Source: an archaeon (lineage in GTDB: Archaea; Iainarchaeota; Iainarchaeia; Iainarchaeales; 0-14-0-20-34-12). From it: a stretch of 64,000 bases of DNA. Position numbers and translations under genes: made by a program. The DNA lies in the NCBI GenBank assembly GCA_038046645.1, contig JBBSVU010000016.1, positions 652 through 64,651 of the forward strand. Direction: 5' to 3'. Shown here piece by piece: positions 56,201 through 64,000 of this stretch (its first letter is position 1; every line of letters starts with the position of its first letter). Below the pieces are notes generated by a model. That model worked only from the letters and a program-made list of their open reading frames with translations. It was not told where the DNA came from and made no database searches.

Positions 56201-57223
56201 ATAAAATTAAGCACTTACTCCTTGGGAAGCCCTTTGGCTGCTGAGCAGAAAGCATTATCTGCAAGCCCGCAAGCAGGTACAATTAATTTAATCACCGCCA
56301 GCCCGCAAAAAATTTCCAGCCTTTTAAATTATTTTGATATGATTAAACAAAAGAAAACGTGCTTTGTTCCATCTGCTACTGGTTTTGCTTTGGTTTGGAA
56401 TTCTGAACAAATAATGGTTGAGATTGCAAATGCTTTCAAAAATGATGTTCAGTTAGCACAAGAATCTGCAACTGGTTCTGAAGCTTATCAGGAAAATATT
56501 TGTGATAGTTCAGGCAATTGCTGGTCATCTTATGTTCCAGGCATTATTGAAGTTGATTGTGCTGATGGTGTTGGACCTGACTGCATTTTAACTCTTAATG
56601 AAATGCTTAAAAATTGTCCAACAGCTGAAGAAATCGAACAATTTAATTCAGATTTTGAAATAACTTCAGATATTCCTTTTGAAGAATATGCCTGCGAGAA
56701 TGGCAAGAACCCAAAATATTTTGGTGTTGGGTTAGATTCACATTTAGTTCTCTATCAAATGTTGAGTTTAATGAACTATTTGGAATTCTCTAAGCCCTTG
56801 CCTTGGACAGATAAACAATTATATTACTGGTTCAGGGATAGCGTAGAAAATATTCACCTAGATAGCTCAACTGAGTATCCCTTCTATTTTGATGATTCGA
56901 TTCATTTTAGATTATCTGATATGGGGAGAAAATGGAATGGCCAATGGATAGATGAACAACTAGATGGAGGTATGGCAAACTTAATTATACTGGCAGCCCA
57001 TGAGGCAAGGCATGCCCAAAAAAATCATACCTGTGATTTTTTATCAGAAGTAAATAATTATATTCGTGATTTATCTTTGGGAGAGTTAGGTTCTTGGGGC
57101 GTACAATATTATCTCGAGAAATGGATGGCAGATTATTTATCTGAAAATCTGCAAACCTATGGTGCTAGAAAAAGTTTGGAATACCGTGCAAAGGATATTC
57201 TAAAAACAAGGTTTTGTGGCTGA
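53291..57223 (+). CDS. Giant secreted protein: N-terminal SLT-like lysozyme domain, conserved giant-protein core, C-terminal HExxH region
   Basis: Signal peptide. SLT pattern 'VVRNESYFDPNNH...SCGLMQVS...PEENLDVGINTAL'. The core is co-linear with 9129..13415. 'HEARH' at nt 56999-57013. Confidence 0.8.
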   Translation: MKKLLIICILMLFPLISAELGVFAENTSTASNVSGYTLIIKGLNLGDLPKDNSTYEYNFYESVMERLVKGAEGKEAAICVPHLSCETKPCTMKQRCDNRLYAVGLAKKEISSHKTIFNAINAKKGSLQPYLKHDASSFIAAVVRNESYFDPNNHSDRGDTSCGLMQVSIGYYCPERQKQGKKCAGCNCKDPEIAKDCWKGWNDPEENLDVGINTALLTWAKSAESKPGCEKVLDSYIAGLEDYKITLREVMMAAGHNWGGAFITKCIVDEPQKTITLISDKLSSGRKLAYAGKLQYPAGIISSTILYQLAMAGLEFNAEKMDEKPANLFCSGFDNAETGALAYKKYGFDRILWDWDFENITSNTCENKFCDATQFLLSMLAKDEYVSQALKKIPSEHIKGILQAEPDLENATMLSDLLPITKETVLVKDNALGADKTQIYFLSENSLLVPSNDCNVQISDPKNGLVKEPFEVASDYLRSCLTLDKVRSFDESVYLANTVKGKDIKLGSCSLAERLGSLQYSAKKCGNNENDILILVRPNANDNPVFSKLVDSGVFNSISRKTSVVAYVFTLPELELLIFNLSNALKNKDCENPNLFGTTIELSVNAKDCFQEKELLISDFFTALQTNITGIQRAVRYDAAELMLDSQGNALKKYIAENASNLAFLGTEIIPSSKVFLIGDNFTSEDFLSDFELAYPSYDLNRYKIINENADSASGQGPVSGQSVDSTLNQLESGQYSASIDLPVKIKDNSVVEPDAVSFKEINFALEKTLAQIDTGNGNESAYASNPFLKLAFDGMLGIGKGNKREGYGTSSKGSLTLTELYSTPEIISTSGFAVSSEDNPDADLSDILSGKKIFSLEQEGSNYNISFIEQIPTLFSLDTNVSQTIALRFLEDSSVFEKPLSLNFLTPKGTSITPTIGIPNKYSYCGNVQGNVYLMPTKTVGKYQTMFYIPTQQSASLPNKVEITCARDKIKLSTYSLGSPLAAEQKALSASPQAGTINLITASPQKISSLLNYFDMIKQKKTCFVPSATGFALVWNSEQIMVEIANAFKNDVQLAQESATGSEAYQENICDSSGNCWSSYVPGIIEVDCADGVGPDCILTLNEMLKNCPTAEEIEQFNSDFEITSDIPFEEYACENGKNPKYFGVGLDSHLVLYQMLSLMNYLEFSKPLPWTDKQLYYWFRDSVENIHLDSSTEYPFYFDDSIHFRLSDMGRKWNGQWIDEQLDGGMANLIILAAHEARHAQKNHTCDFLSEVNNYIRDLSLGELGSWGVQYYLEKWMADYLSENLQTYGARKSLEYRAKDILKTRFCG

Positions 57224-57272
57224 TGTTTAGTTCTGCTGCTGGTTTTATTAATATTTTTCCCCTAATTTTTTT

Positions 57273-57560
57273 ATGGCAGAGAAGAACCGAAAAGTTGATT
57301 CAGAAAAGAATTCCAAGCATTTGGAATTCCTTGCAGATGTAAATACTAGAAATTTCCTTTTGAAAACCCCGACAGAGGAGCTTGAGATTATTCTGAAATA
57401 TGTCCGGGATTTTGGTTTTACTGATGCAGAATTAAATAAAAACCCAAGGGTTCTTTACATTGCTGCATTAAACCTTGTAAACAAAAGCATTGATGAAATT
57501 AATCCTGCAGTAAACCAGAAGATGGTTAATTTGAGGAATAAAATAAGGAAAATGCAGTGA
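57273..57560 (+). CDS. Hypothetical helical protein (95 aa)
   Basis: ORF only. No secure motif. Confidence 0.4.
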   Translation: MAEKNRKVDSEKNSKHLEFLADVNTRNFLLKTPTEELEIILKYVRDFGFTDAELNKNPRVLYIAALNLVNKSIDEINPAVNQKMVNLRNKIRKMQ

Positions 57561-57686
57561 AAGAATAATGCATTCATGGCTAGTGCCTATTTTAGCCCTT
57601 TTGTAAAGACTTTTTAGAAAGTATGCTGTGCGTAAATAATATAAACAACAACTGAATAATCTTATAGAATAATTTGAGGTGATTAA

Positions 57687-57881
57687 ATGCCTGCAGAACC
57701 AGCAAGAAAATATAGGCCAGTGCATCATCTGGAACCAAGAACACCGCATGATAGATTGGCAAGGTTAGGTGTTACTATGGAAGAAATGAATCAGAACCCT
57801 CTGCTTGTTAGATTTGCAAAGAATGCTTCATCAGTTGCATTAGCAACTGCAGTAAATAGGATGCGCCAGAGACTTCATTAA
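57687..57881 (+). CDS. Small basic hypothetical protein (64 aa)
   Basis: Strong SD-like 'GAGGTGAT' lies 4 nt before the ATG. Confidence 0.5.
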   Translation: MPAEPARKYRPVHHLEPRTPHDRLARLGVTMEEMNQNPLLVRFAKNASSVALATAVNRMRQRLH

Positions 57882-57947
57882 AATTAAACAAGTAAATTAA
57901 AAAGAAATGCCATAAAATGATTCTTTTAATAATTAATTTAATTGACA

Positions 57948-58277
57948 CTAGGCAATAGTTATTTGTTCCTGTTTTTCTTCTTGCATATTTGAATAAGCTA
58001 CACTTAATGCTAGATCTAATTCAATCATCTTTTTTACTGATTCAGATTCTTTGTTGAGTGTGTATAAAGTAGCCCTTCCAATAGTTCTTGTTTTTTTTAC
58101 TATTCCTAATTTTATAAAATTTTCCCAAAAAGAATCCAGCGTTATTCTTGAAATTCCAGTTTCCCTGGCAATGTCACTTTTGCTGTAATCAAATGTTCTA
58201 TTTTCAATTAAAAAGTCCAATACTTTAATTACTGGGGAATTGCCCATTGCTTTGATGAAAAGAGATTTTTTGTTCAT
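57948..58277 (-). CDS. Winged-helix transcriptional regulator
   Basis: 'YSKSDIARETGISRITLDSFWENFIKLGIVKKTRTIGRATLYTLN'. Confidence 0.6.
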   Translation of the reverse strand: MNKKSLFIKAMGNSPVIKVLDFLIENRTFDYSKSDIARETGISRITLDSFWENFIKLGIVKKTRTIGRATLYTLNKESESVKKMIELDLALSVAYSNMQEEKQEQITIA

Positions 58278-58293
58278 TAATATAAATAATGTG

Positions 58294-59037
58294 CTATATC
58301 TCTATTAAATCCTTCTCTAAATATTTGTATATTTTTGCAACCATATCTGAGAACCTTTTATCTGCCCTATCTCTTGGCTTTGGCAGATTTATTTCATACT
58401 GTTTGATTATCCTTGCAGGCCTTTGGCTCATAATAAGTATTTCATCGCTCAAATAGACAGCCTCATCTAAATCGTGTGTTACTAATAATGCGGTGCTATT
58501 TTCTTTTTCTATTAGTTCTAATAGTTTTCTCTGCAGTTTATGCCTTGTGATTGCATCCAATGACCCAAAAGGCTCATCCAGCAATAGGAGATTTGGCATA
58601 TTTACAAGAGCCCTTGCCAACGCAGCTTTTTGGGCCATTCCTCCGGACAATTGATGCGGAAAATTACCAGAAAAATCCCCTAATTCCAATAATTCCAGCA
58701 ATTCATAAACAATATTTTTATTGTTTTTTTCTAGGCCAAAAGAGATGTTTTCCTTAACCGACATCCAAGGCATCAATCTCGGCTCCTGAAAGATTATGCC
58801 GCATTCTTTTGTTGGAGAGTTTATCCCCCTTCCATTTAATTTAATTAGGCCCTCATAATCCTGATCCAGCCCAACAATTGCTTTCAGCAGCGTTGATTTC
58901 CCGCATCCGCTTGGTCCGATTATAGTTGTAAATTTATTCTTTTCAATGATGAATGCCAAATTGCGAATGACTAAATTGTTTTTGCCAAATTGTTTTCTTT
59001 TTATGTTTACTTCTAATAGTCTTTTCAATTTATTCAC
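58294..59037 (-). CDS. ABC transporter ATP-binding protein (nitrate/sulfonate/taurine family)
   Basis: Walker A 'GPSGCGKST', signature 'LSGGMAQK', Walker B 'LLLLDEPF'. Confidence 0.85.
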   Translation of the reverse strand: MNKLKRLLEVNIKRKQFGKNNLVIRNLAFIIEKNKFTTIIGPSGCGKSTLLKAIVGLDQDYEGLIKLNGRGINSPTKECGIIFQEPRLMPWMSVKENISFGLEKNNKNIVYELLELLELGDFSGNFPHQLSGGMAQKAALARALVNMPNLLLLDEPFGSLDAITRHKLQRKLLELIEKENSTALLVTHDLDEAVYLSDEILIMSQRPARIIKQYEINLPKPRDRADKRFSDMVAKIYKYLEKDLIEI

Positions 59038-59848
59038 CTTGGAAACTATTTCTCCATATTAATGCTCTTTTTTCAAACAATGCGAGCAATCTGTTTGTCA
59101 AAAATCCAAGAATGCCTATTGCAAGCATTCCTACAATCATGTCATCCGCCCTTGAAAAATTCCTTGAATCCCAGATAAGCCAACCAAGCCCTTTGGATGA
59201 AGCAATTAATTCAGAGGCAATCAATAAAATCCAAGCAAGGTCAAGCGCTACGCGCATCCCTATTATAATATTTGGAGTTGCTGCAGGCAAAATAACTTTG
59301 AATAGCAGGTTCTTCTTATTTTTATTGAATGCTTTTGCAACTTCAACCAATTTTAGGTCTATTGCTCTGATCCCATGGAACGTATTTACATAAATCACCA
59401 CAAAAACAGCGAACGTTATTAGTGCTATTTTTGATGCTTCACCAATCCTGAAAACAATGATTATTAATGGAATCCAAGCGATTGGAGGTATAGGGGTTAA
59501 AAACTTCATAGTTGGTGAAACAAGTTTCTCTGCAGTTTTTGAAATTCCAACAACAATCCCTAATGCTATGCCTAATATTGTCCCAAGGCTGAATCCAAAC
59601 ACTAACCTATAAATGCTTATGGCTGAATGCTCTGTTAATTTTCCATTAAATAATAATCTAAAGAAATCCGTTGCCACTTGCAAAGGGCTTGCTATTAATG
59701 TGCTTGGCACAAACCCAAGCCTGACAGAAGCCTCCCAAAAGAATAAGATTAACGCAGGTATGATTAGTCCAATGATTAAATTCTTGAATCTGCTTTGCTC
59801 CAAATTATTCATTTTCTTGTCACTGTAAATCCACAAATTCTTCTGCAT
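59030..59848 (-). CDS. ABC transporter permease (SsuC/TauC-like)
   Basis: About 6 TM segments with the EAA-like loop 'VEVAKAFNKNKKNLLFKVILPAATP'. Confidence 0.8.
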   Translation of the reverse strand: MQKNLWIYSDKKMNNLEQSRFKNLIIGLIIPALILFFWEASVRLGFVPSTLIASPLQVATDFFRLLFNGKLTEHSAISIYRLVFGFSLGTILGIALGIVVGISKTAEKLVSPTMKFLTPIPPIAWIPLIIIVFRIGEASKIALITFAVFVVIYVNTFHGIRAIDLKLVEVAKAFNKNKKNLLFKVILPAATPNIIIGMRVALDLAWILLIASELIASSKGLGWLIWDSRNFSRADDMIVGMLAIGILGFLTNRLLALFEKRALIWRNSFQGE

Positions 59849-60761
59849 TTACCTTGTTTTTGATTAGGTTTATTTCAAGCAGGAAATCTGCCTTTGCCTG
59901 TATATCTTCTAACTCTTTCTTCCCGATCTTTGCTTGGAAATTGTGCTTTGGCCATGCTTCCTTTACCACTTCTAAAGATATGCCAAGTTCCTTGCTAACT
60001 ATTTCTTGCGCGTCTTTTTCATTTTCAGCAATCCATTTTTTGGTTTTTTCAATCTCAGCCAATATTTCTTTGAGTAATTCTGGATTTTTTTGGGCAAATT
60101 CATTTCTTACTGCAGTAATGCTCTGGATAAAAGCATCCCCGCCTTTAATGACTCTTCCTTTTCCTGAAACAGTCTGCTGCTCTACCCATGGAGGCCAGAC
60201 AGCCCATGCATCTACTTGGTCTGTTTCAAACGCGGCCCTGGCATCTGGCGGATTCATGTCAATAAGCTCAACATACTTGCTTGATAAACCATTATCTTTG
60301 AGTATTTTTGTTACTCCATAGTGTGAGCTTGTGCCGGAAAGGACAGCAATTTTTTTTCCTTTCAAATCTTTAATTTCTTTTATTTCACTATTTTTATGCA
60401 CCAATATTTCCTGCACAAGGCTTACTTCAATGCCTTTTATTGCAATGTCCATTCCTGCAGCTTTCCCAATTATTGCCGGTGCTTCTGCCTCAAACACAAT
60501 GTCAATATTCCCAGTTGCAAAGCTTTCATTTATTGCTGCTAATGATTGAAATTCTGCATAATCTATTTCTTTGCCATATTTTTTTGCTATATCTTTAAAC
60601 CAACCTTTGTTTTTTGCTATAATATAAGGGGCATAATCCACAGCCCTTGAAAAGCTGCCTATTCCAATTTTTTCATTATCCTGTTTTTGAGGGGATTGCA
60701 TAATGCAGCCGCTCATTACTATTAGAAGTAATACCAACAATGCGCTAATTAATCTCTCCAT
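59820..60761 (-). CDS. ABC substrate-binding lipoprotein (NMT1/SsuA-like)
   Basis: Lipobox 'IVMSGC' after Met at 60761 (track start 60794), and 'KGKKIAVLSGTSSHY'. Confidence 0.7.
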   Translation of the reverse strand: MERLISALLVLLLIVMSGCIMQSPQKQDNEKIGIGSFSRAVDYAPYIIAKNKGWFKDIAKKYGKEIDYAEFQSLAAINESFATGNIDIVFEAEAPAIIGKAAGMDIAIKGIEVSLVQEILVHKNSEIKEIKDLKGKKIAVLSGTSSHYGVTKILKDNGLSSKYVELIDMNPPDARAAFETDQVDAWAVWPPWVEQQTVSGKGRVIKGGDAFIQSITAVRNEFAQKNPELLKEILAEIEKTKKWIAENEKDAQEIVSKELGISLEVVKEAWPKHNFQAKIGKKELEDIQAKADFLLEINLIKNKVNAEEFVDLQ

Positions 60762-60885
60762 TTTTGTTGCCTCCATTCTTTTTAATATAGTCAATCCTTC
60801 TTTTGCATCTTGGGCATTCTTTTGGATTTCTTGCCCTTTTTATCCATTCATATTTGCAGTAAGGGCATAGTTTTTGTCTGCTCAT
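60745..60885 (-). CDS. Small zinc-ribbon protein
   Basis: 'MSRQKLCPYCKYEWIKRARNPKECPRCKRR' (CxxC...CxxC). Confidence 0.45.
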   Translation of the reverse strand: MSRQKLCPYCKYEWIKRARNPKECPRCKRRIDYIKKNGGNKNGEIN

Positions 60886-60971
60886 AATAATAGTAGTATT
60901 AAACTGGTTTATGGTCTTGTGTGGTATTGTAAAACACCACATATTTAAATATTTGGGCTCTTTAGATAATT

Positions 60972-61727
60972 ATGGAACTTTCTGAGCTAAAAGAAATAGG
61001 GTTAAGCGACGGCGAAGTAAAGGTTTATACTGCTGTTTTGGAATTAGGCATAGCATCAATTAACAAGATTCATGAAAAGGTTGGCATTGAGCGGAGAAAC
61101 ATCTATGATATTCTCAATAAACTGATTGAAAAAGGCCTTGTTAGCTATACCCTCGAAAAACAGGTTAAGGTGTATCAGTGTACATATCCAGGCAAAATAG
61201 CCGAGGAGATAAAGAAAAAGCAACTCTCCTTAAAAGAGCTTGAAAAGAAAATTCCGCAGGTTAAAAGTTTATTTAATGCTTCAAAGCCAGAGATAAGGGC
61301 AGAGGTTTATAGAGGAAATGAGGGCATAAAGGCACTTTTAGATGAGGTTATTGAATATAAAGAATCTTTTTGGCTTGGCGGGAACAGCTTTGAGGAATAT
61401 ACTGCAGTGCCAAAAAGCTTGGAGATTTGGTGGGAACACTGGATGAAAAGAAGAGTAGAAAATAAACATGTGATGCATGATTTGGTAAGTTATGGAACAC
61501 ATTTGCGAGGTTTAGAACCCTGGAAAAAAGAAAAGCATAAGAAGAATTATTATAAGTATTGTGCCTTGCCAAAAGGCATGCGTTCCCCGCTTGTAATAAT
61601 CCTATTTGGAACTAAAGTTGCCCAAATTATCTGGGGAAAGCAATCATTTGCCTTTGTGTTGGAATCTGAAAAAGTCAGAGACAGTTTTATGAAGTACTTT
61701 AATTATTTCTGGAAAAAGCCTTGGTAA
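60972..61727 (+). CDS. TrmB-family transcriptional regulator
   Basis: 'LKEIGLSDGEVKVYTAVLELGIASINKIHEKVGIERRNIYDILNKLIEKGLVSY'. Confidence 0.75.
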   Translation: MELSELKEIGLSDGEVKVYTAVLELGIASINKIHEKVGIERRNIYDILNKLIEKGLVSYTLEKQVKVYQCTYPGKIAEEIKKKQLSLKELEKKIPQVKSLFNASKPEIRAEVYRGNEGIKALLDEVIEYKESFWLGGNSFEEYTAVPKSLEIWWEHWMKRRVENKHVMHDLVSYGTHLRGLEPWKKEKHKKNYYKYCALPKGMRSPLVIILFGTKVAQIIWGKQSFAFVLESEKVRDSFMKYFNYFWKKPW

Positions 61728-62996
61728 CTATACTTTGTCTTCTTCTATGAGCCACTTCCAGAGTTTTTTATATGTTATCCTTTTCCCAGCTATATTTTCC
61801 TTAGCCTCATAATCTCTTGTAATTACAATCAATTCCTTCTTTTTCCCATCTAAGCCAAATTCTTTTGCAGCTTCAATCAATGCTTTAAGTTCACGATCTT
61901 TTGTTCTTTTATTGTCCAAAGCATATGTGACCTGCATGAGTTTCTTGACAGTTAACCCCTGTCTTATCACGAAATCTACTTCAAGATTCCCAGCTGATTT
62001 ATAATATGAAATTTGTCCTAAAGGGTTGAGTTTTCTTCTAAGTTGAATAAATACAGCATTTTCATACAGTTTTCCTAAATCTTTTTTTCCTCTTGATGCA
62101 TAAAAGAATCCAGTATCGCCAAAGTAAACTTTTCTTGGGTAGAGTGATTCGTCTTTTATTTTTGTTGAGAAAACTGGCACAAAAAAAGAAAGATAAGCAG
62201 TTTCAAATAACTGTTCCAGCTCAAGCAGTGTGCTTTTGCTTATTTTATGGCCTATGCTTTTCATGACATTCTCTGATTTAGTTGCCGAAAAAAACGTTGT
62301 CCCTATAAGTTGTGCTGAAAAATCAGATACTGTTTTTAGCGGAACTGTTGAAAGAGCAGCTATGTCCAAAGAAATTATGGAATTCATATATTCTTGGATA
62401 GTACTAACCTTGTTTTCTGATAAAGCAATTTCAGGGAATCCTCCATATACTAAAAATTCTTCTAAAGCATGCTCTACCTTTCCTATTTCCCTAGTTGTTT
62501 CTGGCAATTTTATATTTTTAAATTCTAGAAATTCTTTAAATGAAAGCGGAAAAAGTTCAAAGTATGAAATTCTGCCGCGCAATGCTTTTGGCGGAAATCT
62601 TGATAATTTATTGAGTGATGAGGTTGTTATTATGTGTACATTTTTCATTTCATTTATTCTATGTAGCCAGTGTTCCCAGTCCTTTGTAGTAGTAACCTCA
62701 TCTAACAACAGCCATTCTGCATCTGGTGTTTGTTTAAGAATTGTATCTAATGCTTGAGGAATCTGCAACCTATTATCTTCAAGATTTGCATACGAGGATT
62801 TTTTCCCAAGCGATATTAATTTTTTATATGTAAGCATTAGAACAGAGCTTTTTCCAGCCCTTCTTATTCCAGTAATTGACACAATCCTATTTTTAGATTC
62901 GGCTATTGCTTTATCTATGTTGAATATTCTGTCTTTAAGGGGCTTATTGATTGCAGTGTTTTGCCATTCAATAAGAGTATCTTTTATATCGTCCAT
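61728..62996 (-). CDS. AAA-type ATPase with DUF4143-like domain (paralogue of 6474..7736)
   Basis: Walker A 'GIRRAGKS' and Walker B 'WLLLDEV'. Its stop codon directly abuts the trmB-like stop (61727/61728). Confidence 0.8.
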   Translation of the reverse strand: MDDIKDTLIEWQNTAINKPLKDRIFNIDKAIAESKNRIVSITGIRRAGKSSVLMLTYKKLISLGKKSSYANLEDNRLQIPQALDTILKQTPDAEWLLLDEVTTTKDWEHWLHRINEMKNVHIITTSSLNKLSRFPPKALRGRISYFELFPLSFKEFLEFKNIKLPETTREIGKVEHALEEFLVYGGFPEIALSENKVSTIQEYMNSIISLDIAALSTVPLKTVSDFSAQLIGTTFFSATKSENVMKSIGHKISKSTLLELEQLFETAYLSFFVPVFSTKIKDESLYPRKVYFGDTGFFYASRGKKDLGKLYENAVFIQLRRKLNPLGQISYYKSAGNLEVDFVIRQGLTVKKLMQVTYALDNKRTKDRELKALIEAAKEFGLDGKKKELIVITRDYEAKENIAGKRITYKKLWKWLIEEDKV

Positions 62997-63049
62997 AATC
63001 GTTTTATTGCAAAACGATTTTTTAAATATATCGTTTTCTCATAAAACGA
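62997..63049 (-). promoter_or_regulatory. Twin palindromic operator-like sites flanking a TATA-like box
   Basis: aatcgtttt-attgc-aaaacgatt (62997-63019) and tcgtttt-ctcat-aaaacga (63031-63049), with 'ttttaaatata' between them. The first site abuts ATG 62996. Confidence 0.4.
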
Positions 63050-63090
63050 ATAAATTTAGGGTTTTGGCACTATCTCTCAGTAATTAATAA

Positions 63091-63122
63091 AAAAAGAAGA
63101 AAAGCAGCATTTGCTGCTTTCT
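63091..63122 (-). terminator. Hairpin plus T-tract after hppA
   Basis: aaagcagc-attt-gctgcttt (63101-63120). On the minus strand it is followed by 'ttcttcttttttt'. Confidence 0.45.
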
Positions 63123-63143
63123 TAAATCTTAATTAAAATTTCT

Positions 63144-64000
63144 TCAGATCAAATTCAATGCTATTGCTGTCAGCAATGGCGCAAACACCAATGCAACTGT
63201 GTTCAATACTTTGATCAAAGAATTTAATGCAGGTCCTGCTGTATCCTTGAATGGATCTCCAACTGTATCCCCTACGACAGCTGCTTTATGTGCATCTGAA
63301 CCTTTTCCTCCAAATGCTCCTTGTTCAATGTATTTCTTTGCATTGTCCCATGCTGCTCCGCCTGTGCACATTGTTAATGCAAGCAAAAAGCCTGAAACAA
63401 TTGAACCTGCAAGCAATCCTGCAACAGCCTGCACACCGAACAAATAGCCAACAACAATCGGGCTGAATACAGCAATAATTCCTGGAATCATTAATTCTTT
63501 CAATGCTGCCTGTGTGCTAATATCTACACAGCGCGCATAATCCGGTTTTGCTTTTCCTTCCATGATTCCTTTTATTTCTTTAAATTGTCTTCTTACTTCT
63601 TCAACAATTGCAAATGCTGCCCTTCCTACTGCGCCCATCAAGTATGAAGCAAACAGGAAAGGAAGCAATGCTCCAATGAATAACCCAATTGTTACTGCAG
63701 GATCTAAAAGATTTATCATGGTTAATTTTGCTTCTGCAGAAAATGCAGCAAAAAGAGCTAATGCTGATAATGCTGCCCCTGTTATGGCAAATCCTTTTGT
63801 TGTTGCTTTAGTTGTATTTCCTGCTGCATCAAGTAAATCTGTTACTTCTCTTACCTTTGCAGACATATTGCTCATTTCTGCTATTCCACCAGCATTATCT
63901 GTTATTGGGCCGTATGCATCCAAAGCAATAATTATTCCTGTAAAGGATAACATTGCTGCTGCAGCTAATGCTACACCATATAATCCTGCTAAACTATATG
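63144..64000 (-). CDS. hppA: Membrane-bound H+/Na+-translocating pyrophosphatase (N-terminal part lies beyond the window)
   Basis: '[13 protein letters not shown]' and '[18 protein letters not shown]'. The frame is open to base 64000. Confidence 0.9.
   Translation of the reverse strand, partial: YSLAGLYGVALAAAAMLSFTGIIIALDAYGPITDNAGGIAEMSNMSAKVREVTDLLDAAGNTTKATTKGFAITGAALSALALFAAFSAEAKLTMINLLDPAVTIGLFIGALLPFLFASYLMGAVGRAAFAIVEEVRRQFKEIKGIMEGKAKPDYARCVDISTQAALKELMIPGIIAVFSPIVVGYLFGVQAVAGLLAGSIVSGFLLALTMCTGGAAWDNAKKYIEQGAFGGKGSDAHKAAVVGDTVGDPFKDTAGPALNSLIKVLNTVALVFAPLLTAIALNLI

Noticed and set aside
57273-57560. Weak resemblance of 'ILKYVRDFGFTDAELNKNPRVLY' to an mTERF-type repeat
   Set aside because: This is a single short match by eye in a 95-aa protein. 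It is too weak to call without a profile search.

Overview
AT-rich archaeal contig. Archaeal markers are diphthine synthase, Trm5, a LysW-carrier lysine pathway, DUF357/DUF63-like proteins and a membrane H+-PPase. Assignment to a small-genome, uncultivated (DPANN-like) lineage is inference only. No rRNA, tRNA or CRISPR array was seen.

Housekeeping content:
- An 11-gene lysine supraoperon on the minus strand (41905-51732): Lrp regulator, homocitrate synthase with a C-terminal RAM-like domain, homoaconitase large and small subunits, homoisocitrate dehydrogenase, then LysW/X/Y/Z/J/K. The 54-aa lysW is absent from the ORF track.
- A methyl-cycle cluster: ahcY, metF and a split B12-dependent metH.
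- adk, scpA/scpB, a UbiA prenyltransferase and a sulfonate/nitrate-type ABC transporter.

Accessory content:
1. Five large secreted cysteine-rich proteins cover about 15.5 kb of the 64 kb. Two are co-linear paralogues (1428 and 1310 aa) linked to SLT-type lytic transglycosylase domains. In one locus the SLT is a separate upstream gene; in the other it is fused to the N-terminus and followed by a C-terminal HExxH motif.
2. Three same-orientation copies of a 120-140 nt GC-rich structured palindromic element carry fully compensated stem substitutions. One fills the hicB-hicA junction, one sits in a divergent promoter region and one lies inside the lysine operon.
3. Three in-frame copies of the trm5 3' end bracket two single-gene cassettes (DUF4143 ATPase and class II-like Fic), as expected for a tandem integration hotspot.
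4. Four toxin-antitoxin-type modules are present (vapBC, hicBA, relE/RHH, Fic), plus an antitoxin remnant.
5. A PRTase-like gene is interrupted by one in-frame TAG.

All functional calls rest on motif recognition by eye. No database search was run.
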